Assembly (NCBI GenBank): GCA_949288185.1 | Contig: CASEIZ010000065.1 | Coordinates: 4,962 to 68,961, forward strand | DNA length: 64,000 bases | Direction of reading: 5' to 3' | Origin: an uncultured Eubacteriales bacterium | GTDB lineage: Bacteria; Bacillota; Clostridia; TANB77; CAG-508 | In this document: positions 19,675 through 30,100 of the stretch, piece after piece | Position numbering within the stretch: the stretch's first letter is position 1 | Layout: each line of letters begins with the position of its first letter | Position numbers and translations under genes: made by a program | Notes under the pieces: generated by a model | Seen by the model: only the letters and a program-made list of their open reading frames with translations | The model's database searches: none | What the model was told of the DNA's origin: nothing

Positions 19675-21258
19675 ATGCTAAGTGCAAATGGAGTAACCGT
19701 TAGATTTGGAAAAAGAGTCCTTTTCGAAGATGTAAATATAAGATTTGGAAAAGGAAATTGTTATGGAATAATAGGAGCAAATGGTGCAGGAAAATCTACC
19801 TTTTTAAAAGTGTTATCAGGAGAAATAGAACCAAGTAAAGGTGATGTCAGTTTAGATAAAGGAGAAAGATTATCAGTCTTAAAACAAGACCACTTTGCTT
19901 TTGAAGAATATACTGTTATGGATACAGTTATTATGGGAAATAAAGAACTATATGATATTATGAAAGAAAAAGAAGCCATTTATGCAAAACCAGATTTTTC
20001 AGAAGAAGATGGTATGAAAGCTGCAAAATTAGAAGAAAGATTTGCAGAATTAGATGGTTGGAATGCAGAATCAGATGCTGCTATTCTATTAAATGATTTA
20101 GGAATTATACCAGATAATCATTATAAATATATGAAAGAAATTGAAGCAAAAGAGAAGGTAAAAGTTTTATTAGCACAAAGTTTATTTGGAAATCCAGATG
20201 TCTTGCTATTAGACGAGCCAACCAATGACTTAGATATGAAAAGTATTAACTGGTTACAAGATTTCTTAATGGATTTTGAAAATACAGTTATTGTTGTATC
20301 ACATGATAGATATTTCTTAAATAAAGTATGTACCCATATTGCCGATGTTGATTTTGGAAAAATAAAAGTATATCCAGGAAATTATGATTTCTGGTATGAG
20401 TCAAGTCAATTAGCATTAAAACAAGCAAGAGAGCAAAACAAGAAAAAAGAGGAAAAAATAAAAGAATTACAAGAATTTATTGCTAGATTTAGTGCCAATG
20501 CGTCAAAATCAAAACAAGCAACTTCAAGAAAGAAAACATTAGAAAAAATAGAATTAGAAGAAATTAAACCATCTAATAGAAAATATCCATATGTAGATTT
20601 TAAACCAGATAGAGAGCCAGGAAGAGAAATTTTACAAGTAAAAAATATATCAAAAACAATTGATGGTATAAAATTACTAGATAAGGTATCGTTTGATGTA
20701 AAAGAAGGAAACAAAATCGCATTCTTAGCAGATAATGAATTAGCGAAAACGGTTTTATTTCAAATTATAGAAGGAGAAATAGAACCAGATGAAGGTGAAT
20801 TAGTATGGGGAACAACTATCACAAAATCATATTTCCCTAAGGATAACAACTATTTATTTGAGACAGATGAAAATATAACAGAATGGCTTAGGAAGTATTC
20901 TAAAGACCCAGACGAAACATATGTTAGAAGCTTTTTGGGAAGAATGTTATTCTCAGGAGATGAGGCATTAAAACAAGTAAATGTATTATCTGGAGGAGAA
21001 AAAGTAAGATGTGTGTTATCAAAAATGATGTTATCAGGAGCGAATTTCTTGATATTTGATGAACCAACAAACCATTTGGATATGGAAAGTATTACATCAT
21101 TAAATGAGGGAATGAAACGATTTACAGGAAATATTTTATTTACATCACATGACCATGAATTAACACAAACTGTTGCTAATAGAATTATTGATATAAAAGA
21201 AAATGGAAAAATTGTTGATAGAGAAGTTACCTATAATGAATATTTAGGGGTAGAATAA
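19675..21258 (+). CDS. ABC-F family ATPase (two ABC domains with a linker, no TM; YbiT/EttA-like translation factor)
   Basis: Two Walker A motifs (GANGAGKST, and a degenerate second one), signature LSGGEKVR, Walker B LLLDEPTNDLD / LIFDEPTNHLD, and a K/E-rich linker. The ATG at 19675 has better RBS spacing than the one at 19666. Confidence 0.85.
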   Translation: MLSANGVTVRFGKRVLFEDVNIRFGKGNCYGIIGANGAGKSTFLKVLSGEIEPSKGDVSLDKGERLSVLKQDHFAFEEYTVMDTVIMGNKELYDIMKEKEAIYAKPDFSEEDGMKAAKLEERFAELDGWNAESDAAILLNDLGIIPDNHYKYMKEIEAKEKVKVLLAQSLFGNPDVLLLDEPTNDLDMKSINWLQDFLMDFENTVIVVSHDRYFLNKVCTHIADVDFGKIKVYPGNYDFWYESSQLALKQAREQNKKKEEKIKELQEFIARFSANASKSKQATSRKKTLEKIELEEIKPSNRKYPYVDFKPDREPGREILQVKNISKTIDGIKLLDKVSFDVKEGNKIAFLADNELAKTVLFQIIEGEIEPDEGELVWGTTITKSYFPKDNNYLFETDENITEWLRKYSKDPDETYVRSFLGRMLFSGDEALKQVNVLSGGEKVRCVLSKMMLSGANFLIFDEPTNHLDMESITSLNEGMKRFTGNILFTSHDHELTQTVANRIIDIKENGKIVDREVTYNEYLGVE

Positions 21259-21290
21259 AAAGGGCTTTTGGGGACGGACTCAAAAATCCC
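21257..21290 (+). repeat. Solo copy of the GGGGACGGAC repeat family
   Basis: aaaaagggcttttggggacggactcaaaaatccc, immediately after the ABC-F stop codon. Confidence 0.7.
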
Positions 21291-21330
21291 GATTGTAAAA
21301 TCTGTTGGATATAGGAGGAAAACTGATTTT

Positions 21331-21816
21331 ATGGAAAGAGTAGATAAAGTAAATTACTATTTAGACATTGCGGAAAGTGTGGCAGAAAGAGGAACATGTC
21401 TTAGAAATAATTATGGCAGTATTATTGTAAAAAATGATGAAATTATTTCAACAGGATATACAGGAGCCCCAAGAGGAAGAAAAAATTGTATTGATTTAGG
21501 ATATTGTACAAGACAAAAATGTGAAATGCCAAGTGGAAAAGGATATGAAAGATGTAGATCTGTGCATAGTGAACAAAATGCCATTATTAGTGCAGCAAGG
21601 AAAGACATGATAGGTTCTACATTATATTTAGTAGGAATCAATAAACGAAATGGAGAATATGTAAAAGATAATGAGCCATGTTCTTTTTGCAAAAGAATGA
21701 TTATTAATGCTGGAATTGAAAAAGTATATATGAGAGATACCAAAGAAGAATATCGAATAGAAAATGTAGATAATTGGATACAAAATGATGATACAATTTT
21801 TAAAGAAAAAGAATAG
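21331..21816 (+). CDS. comEB: dCMP deaminase (ComEB-type cytidine/deoxycytidylate deaminase)
   Basis: HSEQNAI zinc motif and PCSFCKRMIINAG. RBS GGAGGA lies before the ATG at 21331, so the track start at 21268 lies inside the repeat. Confidence 0.8.
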   Translation: MERVDKVNYYLDIAESVAERGTCLRNNYGSIIVKNDEIISTGYTGAPRGRKNCIDLGYCTRQKCEMPSGKGYERCRSVHSEQNAIISAARKDMIGSTLYLVGINKRNGEYVKDNEPCSFCKRMIINAGIEKVYMRDTKEEYRIENVDNWIQNDDTIFKEKE

Positions 21817-21829
21817 AAAGGAAACAAGA

Positions 21830-24013
21830 ATGGATAAAATTATTAATACAATTGCAGAAGAATTAAATATAAAACCAAAACAAGTAGAAGCCACAATAAA
21901 ATTAATTGATGAAGGGAATACGATTCCCTTTATTGCACGTTATAGAAAAGAAGTAACAGGAGGACTAAGTGACGAAATCCTTAGGGATTTAGGAGAAAGA
22001 TTAAATTATTTAAGAAATTTAGAACAAAGAAAAGAAGAAGTTGTAAAATCAATTGATGAGCAAGGAAAATTAACAGATGAAATCTTACAAGCAATTGCAA
22101 TTTGTAAAACATTAGCAGAAGTAGAAGATATTTATAGACCATATAAGCAAAAGAAAAAAACAAGAGCGACAGTTGCAAAAGCAAAAGGATTGGAGCCATT
22201 GGCAAATATCATTATAGAGCAAAAAGAAACAACGCCAATTTTAGAAATGGCAAAAGAATATGTCAATATAGAAACTTTATCAGAAGAGGATAAAAAGAAT
22301 AAAGATAAAGTAGTTGCAACTCCAGAAGATGCTGTGCAAGGAGCTTTAGATATTATTGCAGAAGATATTTCTGATAATAGTAAATATAGAAAACAAATCA
22401 AAAGAATTTGTTATAGAGAAGCAACCATTCAAACGAAAGCTGCAAACCCAGAAGAAAAATCAAACTATGAGATGTATTATGAATATCAAGAAGCGATAAA
22501 ATATATACCAAGTCATAGAACATTGGCAATTAATCGTGGAGAAAAAGAGGATTTTCTAAAAGTAAAAATTGAAAAACCAGAAGAAAAAATCTTAGAATAT
22601 ATAGAAAGAGACATGATAAAAGGTGAAACACAATTTACTCAAATGTTAAAAGATACAGTTCTAGACAGTTTCAAAAGATTAATTGAACCATCAATCGATA
22701 GAGAAATTCGTTCAGACTTAACAGAAAAGGCAGAAGATAAAGCCATTAAAGTATTTGGTAAAAATTCAAAACAATTATTGTTAGGAGCACCAATTAAAGG
22801 AAAAACAGTTATGGGATTTGACCCAGCATATAGAACAGGATGTAAAATTGCTGTTATAGACGAAACAGGAAAATTATTAGATTACACAACTGTATATCCA
22901 ACAGAACCACAAAATGATGTAGAAGGTGCAAAAAAAGAATTATTAAAATTAATTGAAAAAGATAAGGTAGATATGATAGCCATTGGAAATGGAACTGCAT
23001 CAAGAGAGTCAGAAATGTTTGTAGCAGACATGATAAAAGAAGCGTCAAGAGATGTTCATTATGTCATTGTCAGTGAAGCAGGAGCATCTGTATATTCTGC
23101 ATCAAAGTTGGCAACAGAAGAATATCCAGATATCAATGTATCTATCAGAGGTGCCATTTCCATTGCAAGACGTTTGCAAGATCCATTAGCAGAATTGGTT
23201 AAAATAGACCCTAAAGCCATTGGTGTTGGGCAATATCAACATGATGTTAATCAAAAGAAATTACAAGAAAGTTTAACAGGAGTTGTAGAAGATAGTGTTA
23301 ACAAAGTAGGTGTTGATGTCAACACAGCGACACCATCATTACTTTCTTATGTATCAGGAATTAATAACACAATTGCGAAAAACATTGTAAAATATAGAGA
23401 TGAAAATGGAAAATTAAAAAATAGAAAAGAGTTATTAAAAGTTCCAAAGCTTGGAAAAGTGGCATTTGAACAATGCGCAGGATTTTTAAGAATATTTGAT
23501 GGGGATAATCCATTAGAAGTGACAGCCGTTCACCCAGAAAGTTATGAACCGACAGAGAAATTATTAAATCAATTAGGATTTGACAAAAATGATTTAAAAG
23601 ATAAAGAAAAATTAGAAGAATTAAGAACAAAATTAAAAAGTGTTAATGTTGTAGAGATGGCAAAAGAATTAAATATAGGAGAAATGACATTAACAGATAT
23701 TATTGAAGAATTATCAAAACCAGGAAGAGACCCACGTGAAGACATGCCAAAACCAATTTTAAGAAATGATGTATTAAAACTAGAAGACTTAAGAGAAGGA
23801 ATGGTATTAACAGGAACTGTTAGAAATGTCATAGATTTTGGTGCATTTGTAGATATTGGTGTAAAACATGATGGACTTGTTCATATTTCAGAAATGAGTG
23901 ATAAATTTATCAAAAATCCATCAGATGTAGTATCCGTAGGGGATATTGTAAAAGTAAAAGTTATCAAGATAGATCAAGAAAGACAAAAAGTAGGACTTTC
24001 CATGAAAGTTTAA
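21830..24013 (+). CDS. tex: Tex transcription accessory protein (YqgF/HHH/S1 domains)
   Basis: N-terminus IAEELNIKPKQVEATIKLIDEGNTIPFIARYRKE and C-terminal S1 domain GTVRNVIDFGAFVDIG...GLVHISE. Confidence 0.9.
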   Translation: MDKIINTIAEELNIKPKQVEATIKLIDEGNTIPFIARYRKEVTGGLSDEILRDLGERLNYLRNLEQRKEEVVKSIDEQGKLTDEILQAIAICKTLAEVEDIYRPYKQKKKTRATVAKAKGLEPLANIIIEQKETTPILEMAKEYVNIETLSEEDKKNKDKVVATPEDAVQGALDIIAEDISDNSKYRKQIKRICYREATIQTKAANPEEKSNYEMYYEYQEAIKYIPSHRTLAINRGEKEDFLKVKIEKPEEKILEYIERDMIKGETQFTQMLKDTVLDSFKRLIEPSIDREIRSDLTEKAEDKAIKVFGKNSKQLLLGAPIKGKTVMGFDPAYRTGCKIAVIDETGKLLDYTTVYPTEPQNDVEGAKKELLKLIEKDKVDMIAIGNGTASRESEMFVADMIKEASRDVHYVIVSEAGASVYSASKLATEEYPDINVSIRGAISIARRLQDPLAELVKIDPKAIGVGQYQHDVNQKKLQESLTGVVEDSVNKVGVDVNTATPSLLSYVSGINNTIAKNIVKYRDENGKLKNRKELLKVPKLGKVAFEQCAGFLRIFDGDNPLEVTAVHPESYEPTEKLLNQLGFDKNDLKDKEKLEELRTKLKSVNVVEMAKELNIGEMTLTDIIEELSKPGRDPREDMPKPILRNDVLKLEDLREGMVLTGTVRNVIDFGAFVDIGVKHDGLVHISEMSDKFIKNPSDVVSVGDIVKVKVIKIDQERQKVGLSMKV

Positions 24014-24036
24014 AGACGTGCCGATTTGGCACGTCT
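24014..24036. terminator. Bidirectional terminator between tex and the response regulator
   Basis: agacgtgcc-gattt-ggcacgtct. Confidence 0.65.
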
Positions 24037-25116
24037 CTATTGTTCTGGTTTATATTTTTCTTGTATTTCTTGTATTTCATCATAATGATTTCTTAAGATT
24101 TCCAAGAATAAATCATCTAATTCAGGATCAAATTGTGTTCCTCTACATCTTTCAAATTCTGAAATAATGGTATCTAAATCTAGAGAATTACGGTAAGCTC
24201 TTTTAGATGCCATAGCATCAAAGCTATCTGCAATCGTTGCAATTCTTGCTAAATATGGAATATCATTTCCTGCAAGTTTCCCTGGATATCCTGTTCCATC
24301 ATATTTTTCATGATGATGTTCAACAATTGGTAAGATATCATTAAATATAGAAGCATTTGATAAAATATGAACACCGATATTCGGATGTTGTTTAATTTGA
24401 GAATATTCTTCATCTGTTAATTTAGAGTCTTTTAGCAAAATACTATCTGGAACACCAATTTTTCCAATATCATGGAATAATCCACCAATTTCTAAAGTAT
24501 GTAAATCTTCATCTGATAATCCTAGTTTTTTGCCAATTAACACAGAATAAGCGGCAACTCTATCGGAATGTCCTCTTGTATATACATCTTTTGCTTCAAT
24601 TGTGTATCTTAAAGTTTTGATAGAATCTAAATATGCTTGTTCTAATTTTTCGTATGTATCAGACAATTTGGCATTTATCTCTTTAATTTCATTCATTTGT
24701 TTAATAGATTTGATACCTGACTCAATTAATAAAAGTAATTGGTCGAATTTATCACTTTTTTCACAATATCCTTGGATATCTAACCTTCTAATAGTTTCTA
24801 AAGGTGGAGCTAAATCTTTATGTCCTGTTAGTAATAAAATATATAAATCTTTATTAAATTTTCTGATTTCTTCAACAACTTGGTCTCCATGAAAAGGTGT
24901 CATGATAAAGTCTAAAATCATTAAATCAAAATGTTCTTCTTTTACAAGCTGAATAGCTTGTTGCGGGTCTGTAACACCAGTAAAATCATATCCAGAACGT
25001 TTTAAAAATATAGATAGAGAATCTACAATGCCTTCTTCATCATCCACAGCAATAATTCGATATGAATTATTTTCTATGTTTTCTGTATTTTCTACGCCAT
25101 GTAAATGTGTTCTCAT
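24037..25116 (-). CDS. Two-component response regulator with an HD-GYP phosphodiesterase output domain (RpfG-like)
   Basis: REC domain (VDDEEG..., DLMILDFIMTP, LLTGH). HD-GYP motifs GLFHDIGKIGVP and HHEKYDGTGYPGKL. Confidence 0.85.
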   Translation of the reverse strand: MRTHLHGVENTENIENNSYRIIAVDDEEGIVDSLSIFLKRSGYDFTGVTDPQQAIQLVKEEHFDLMILDFIMTPFHGDQVVEEIRKFNKDLYILLLTGHKDLAPPLETIRRLDIQGYCEKSDKFDQLLLLIESGIKSIKQMNEIKEINAKLSDTYEKLEQAYLDSIKTLRYTIEAKDVYTRGHSDRVAAYSVLIGKKLGLSDEDLHTLEIGGLFHDIGKIGVPDSILLKDSKLTDEEYSQIKQHPNIGVHILSNASIFNDILPIVEHHHEKYDGTGYPGKLAGNDIPYLARIATIADSFDAMASKRAYRNSLDLDTIISEFERCRGTQFDPELDDLFLEILRNHYDEIQEIQEKYKPEQ

Positions 25117-25371
25117 AATATCCTCCTTTTAAACTAAACTTTGAATTATTATATTCATAAAAAAAATAAAAATCAAGCTTTTTACACGATTTTATGTGTA
25201 AAAAACTCGATTTTTATGACTAGTTATTTTTTATAATTTTTGTAAAATATACAAAAAATCTAATTAAAAATACAATAAAAATAATAGGCAATTATGTGTA
25301 AATGTAAAATAATTATTTTGTTTTTTACAGAAAAAACAGAAACTATTCATAGTGTGATTTTACAAAAGATA

Positions 25372-27183
25372 TCATACTGGCAATATGATTGTAAAAGTAG
25401 TTCCTTTTCCTTCTTCTGACTCAAAAGTAATATCACCATTGAAGTGAGCTTTAATGGTAGAATATGACATATATAAACCTAACCCAGTACCATTTTTCCC
25501 TTTTGTCGTAATCATTTCCTTAAATAATTTATCTTGAACTTTTTTAGGCATTCCACTTGCATAATCTTTTACATGTATTAGAACATGATTATCTTTTGAT
25601 TCTAATATCAATTCAATATTTTTATTTTTTTCTCCATTATATGCTTGAATTGCATTAGAAATCATATTATTAATAACTTGAACCAAACTATTAATATCTC
25701 CATTAATAACGGTTTGCTCATTGGTTTTCATAGCAATATTTAAATAAATAATGGCATTTTTTAGTTCATGTTTCATTAAAATATCAACACGTTTTACTAA
25801 TTCATCAAGTGTAAAATGGACAGAAGCCGTTTCAGACAAAGTGACAGCTTGTCCTTTTACGGCGGTGATGATATCTGACATATATTCTGTATGTGTTTTT
25901 ATCTTATCAATCCAAGAAAACATATCTTTTGCAATATCATGATGGTCTTGATAAGTTACTCTTGGATCTTCGATAGAAGCATCATATTCTGATACTAAAT
26001 CGTGTAATCCTTCTGCTGCACCAGAAATAGACATAATAGGTGTTTTTAAGTTGTGAGCAATTCCACCAATTAATTGTCCAAGTGAAGCTAAACGTTCTCT
26101 TTCCATTAAAGTTTCTTGGTTATCATTAATAATTTTTAAATCGTGAATATGTTGAGAAATATCTTTAAATAAAATGAGTGTACCAAGAATAGAACCATGA
26201 GATTCAATTCCAGATATTTCTATATTAAAATATTTATCTACATTTATTACTTCTAATTGTATGGAAAATGTTTTATTAGTTGTTTTAGATTTCTTTATAT
26301 ATTCTTTAAAAAGATTATTATCTATTTTAAAATTGGTATTTTTTCCAAACATAGAGAAAAATTCTTTACCTCTTAATTTCGTATCACTTAGTCTAACCAT
26401 ATTTAGAAAAGTTTTGTTAAAATCGATAATTGTATTGTTTTCATCTAATACAATATATCCATCAGACATTCTATCAACAACTGTTTGTAAAGCAATTGGT
26501 GTAACATTTAAAAAGTTAAATTTTAAAATAGCTATTGAAAAGAATAGAACAGTTGTTGTAAAAGAGATTGGTGTTACATAAATACTCATTTCTATACCAA
26601 ATAATCCAACAATATTAATTGCTAAAGGAAAGATAACACCTAAAATTAAAAGTACAGATTGTTTTGAGAAGAATCCTGTATTTTTAATAGAGTATCTAAT
26701 CAAGTAAAATACACCAACAAAGATTAAGGCATAAGTGTACAAAGAATGTATAGGGAAATATGGTCCAAAAACCGTTTCAGAATTTAGGACAGCATATTTT
26801 ATATAGAACAAATGATGAAAATCATTTGTCCAAAGAATTAACAAGGTCAAAATTGGTATAATAAATAATAGTAAATATTTTTTAGTAAAGGTAATCTTTG
26901 TTTTGGCAAATGTTAATCCAAATGCTAGGAAAGCAATCGGCAAAAAACAAGTTCCTATATATACAAAATAATCAAAGTAAATAGGTTCAATATCATAAAA
27001 CCTAGGAATAATAATGGATAACATTTGTCCAATACAACAAATTAGTAAACAAATAATAATTGCGATAAAGCACCAATGAATTTGTTTTTTCTTTTTTACT
27101 TTTACATTGATAAATAATAATGTAAATAACAATAAAGTAGATATTAATAAAGCAACTAAAGCGGCATTACCAACTAATACCAT
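25372..27183 (-). CDS. Sensor histidine kinase: N-terminal 7-TM domain, PAS-like domain, HisKA and HATPase
   Basis: About 7 hydrophobic helices in the first ~225 aa. H-box GGIAHNLKTPI, N-box ISNAIQAY, G-boxes DYASGM / GTGLGLY. The RBS is embedded in the last NRPS codons. Confidence 0.85.
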   Translation of the reverse strand: MVLVGNAALVALLISTLLLFTLLFINVKVKKKKQIHWCFIAIIICLLICCIGQMLSIIIPRFYDIEPIYFDYFVYIGTCFLPIAFLAFGLTFAKTKITFTKKYLLLFIIPILTLLILWTNDFHHLFYIKYAVLNSETVFGPYFPIHSLYTYALIFVGVFYLIRYSIKNTGFFSKQSVLLILGVIFPLAINIVGLFGIEMSIYVTPISFTTTVLFFSIAILKFNFLNVTPIALQTVVDRMSDGYIVLDENNTIIDFNKTFLNMVRLSDTKLRGKEFFSMFGKNTNFKIDNNLFKEYIKKSKTTNKTFSIQLEVINVDKYFNIEISGIESHGSILGTLILFKDISQHIHDLKIINDNQETLMERERLASLGQLIGGIAHNLKTPIMSISGAAEGLHDLVSEYDASIEDPRVTYQDHHDIAKDMFSWIDKIKTHTEYMSDIITAVKGQAVTLSETASVHFTLDELVKRVDILMKHELKNAIIYLNIAMKTNEQTVINGDINSLVQVINNMISNAIQAYNGEKNKNIELILESKDNHVLIHVKDYASGMPKKVQDKLFKEMITTKGKNGTGLGLYMSYSTIKAHFNGDITFESEEGKGTTFTIILPV

Positions 27184-27187
27184 AATA

Positions 27188-30100
27188 TTAACCTCCTATA
27201 AGCCCAAGTGCTTTTAAATAATCTAAATATTTAAACAAATAGGTTTTATCAATTGTGCACCATTTAAAAGACAACTTGGTCAAAAATTCATTTGTAAAAT
27301 CATTATTTAATATGACATTTGAATCATATATTAATTTTTTATTTGTATCAAAATCATTAATAATTCCAGATAAATCATTTTCATTGTTTACCAATGTTTG
27401 ATTTACTTTTTCGATAAATTGATTTTCAGGTAAAATATCAATATTAATTCTATATTGTTGAAAAATAGAAATCATTTTTTCCATAGGAATGTGATTACTA
27501 TTATATACATGTAATACGGTATATGGATGACTATATTTTACAATTCTAACAATAGCATCTGCCACATAGTCAACAGGTGTAAATTCACAATAACCATCTA
27601 ATAGATAATCTGGTATAGCACCTAATTTAATAAAGGTAATAATTCTATTTACAAAGGCATTTTCTGAAATATTAATTTGAAATTTACCATCAGAATAACG
27701 ATTGGTGATATTACCTAATCGAATGATTGTACCTTGCAGTTTTTTCTTTTGAATCGCTTCTAGAATACATTTTTCAGCCATGAATTTTGTATATACATAT
27801 ATATTTGAGATATCCTGTTTAATATATAAATTAGATTCTTTAAATGTGGTTTTTTCTTCTACAGAAGAATCAGAAAAACTACCTTCTGAAAAGACATTAC
27901 CAGAAACACTTAATGTTGATAAGTGATATAGAGGAATCTGTAAATTACTACAAAAATCAATAATATTATTGACACCATTGATATTAATTTTATCAAATTC
28001 AGTTGATTTTCCATAATGTTTTACAATGGCTGCACTATTAATCACACAAGAAAGATTTTTGGTTAATTTTTGAAAATCCTCATCAGCAATTCCTAAGTTT
28101 TTAAGAGTAATATCTCCACGTACCATTTTAATACGAGAACCAATTAAATTATGATATTTGTTTCCAAAATAGAATTGCATAATTTTATATAATCTATCTA
28201 TATAAGAAACATTATTTTTATTACGGACTAGGCAATAAATGGTTGCATCTGTCATATTTAGTAGTTTTTCTAAAATATGAATACCAACAAAACCTGTAAC
28301 ACCAGTTAAAAGTACATTTTTGACATTGGTTTCTCTAAAAGTTTTCAAAATAGGTAATGTATTTATTTTTAAAACTTCATCTATTTTAGAATAATCATAT
28401 GATTTGATAGCTAATTTTGCTTTGTCATCATCACGAACACCGATTTTTTCTGATAATTTCTTTATTGTAGAATGTGAGAAAATATCAGAATAAGAGATAT
28501 CTAGTCCTTGTTTAAAAGCTTGAATTTGTAGTTTAATCGCAATTAAAGAATCTCCACCTAATTCAAAGAAATCATCATTAATTCCTATTTTATCAATATT
28601 TAGTAAATCTTTCCATAAGTCAACTAGTTTTTTCTCAAAATCATTTCTAGGTGCTTCATAATTTGTATTTTCTTTAATTTTTACAGATGCCAAATATTTT
28701 TTATCAATTTTTCCATTGGCTGTTAGAACAAATTTCTCCAATTGTATAAAATGATTTGGAATACTATATAAAGGTAATTTCATAGATAAGAAATTACGTA
28801 AGTCATTGATAATAATCTTATTTTCAGCTGTGAAATAGGCAACTAAAGATTTTGTGTTTTTGCTTTCCTTTACTAAAACAATACATTTTGTAATAGAAGG
28901 ATAGTTTAAAATACAATTTGATATTTCACTTAATTCAATTCTGTGTCCATTTAGTTTAATTTGATTATCATCTCTTCCAATAAAAGAAATATTGCCATCA
29001 GGTAATCGTTTTACAACATCACCAGTTGTATACATGATTTCATCTTCATGGAATGGAGATGGTATATATTTTTCTTTTGTTAATGTCTTTTTATTTAAAT
29101 ACCCTTTTGAAACATTGTCACCAGCAATATATAAAGTTCCAGGAATACCATTTGGTACTAAATTTAAGTCTTTATCTAATATATATCCATGTAAATTATA
29201 TAAAGGTTTTCCGATAGGAATAATGTTATATTTTTTACAATTTGATGGTGTAACTTGAAAAGCAGTTGAACAGATGGTGGTTTCTGTTGGACCATATCCA
29301 TTAACGATTTTCATAGAAGGATTTAACTCAAAATATTTTTGTATAATAGATGTTTTGATTGGTTCAACACCGATTAATATTTTTTCTAAATGTGTTTTCT
29401 TATTATTTTGAGATAAGATAACATATACTTCATTTAAAATATTTGGAGGAAGATATGCCATCGTAATTTTTTCATCTATTAATGTGTTACAAAAATCAAA
29501 TATATCTTCAATGGTTTCATATTTATATAAATAAAGAGTAGCACCATTTAACAATGTAAAGAAGAATTCCCATATACTAACATCAAAAGCAATACTTGTA
29601 CTTGCTAAACAAATATCATTTGTACTAACAGAATCACTATATAATTTGTTAAAACTATGGATAAAATTATTCAAGTTTTTATTCATCACAATAACACCCT
29701 TAGGATTTCCTGTAGTTCCAGAAGTATAAATACTATAAATAGGATCATCAGGTAGTGTGTGAACAGAAATATCAGTAGCACTATATGTATTTAAATCAAT
29801 GTGATTCATATGTACGGTTTGTACTGGTAAATCTAAAGTATATGCATCTGTAATTAATAATGCTGCCTTAGAATCTTCTAGGATATAGCCAATCCTATCC
29901 TCTGGAAAATTCTTAGAAATTGGTAAGTAAACAGCACCACATTTCATGATAGATAACATGGCAACAATTAAGTTTGTAGAACGATTTAATAAAGTGGCAA
30001 CATAATCTCCTTTTTGAATACCTTTTTTTATTAAAAAGTTACTAAATTGATATACTTTATCTTTTAATTGTTTATAGGTTAAAGTATTTCCATTATCATT

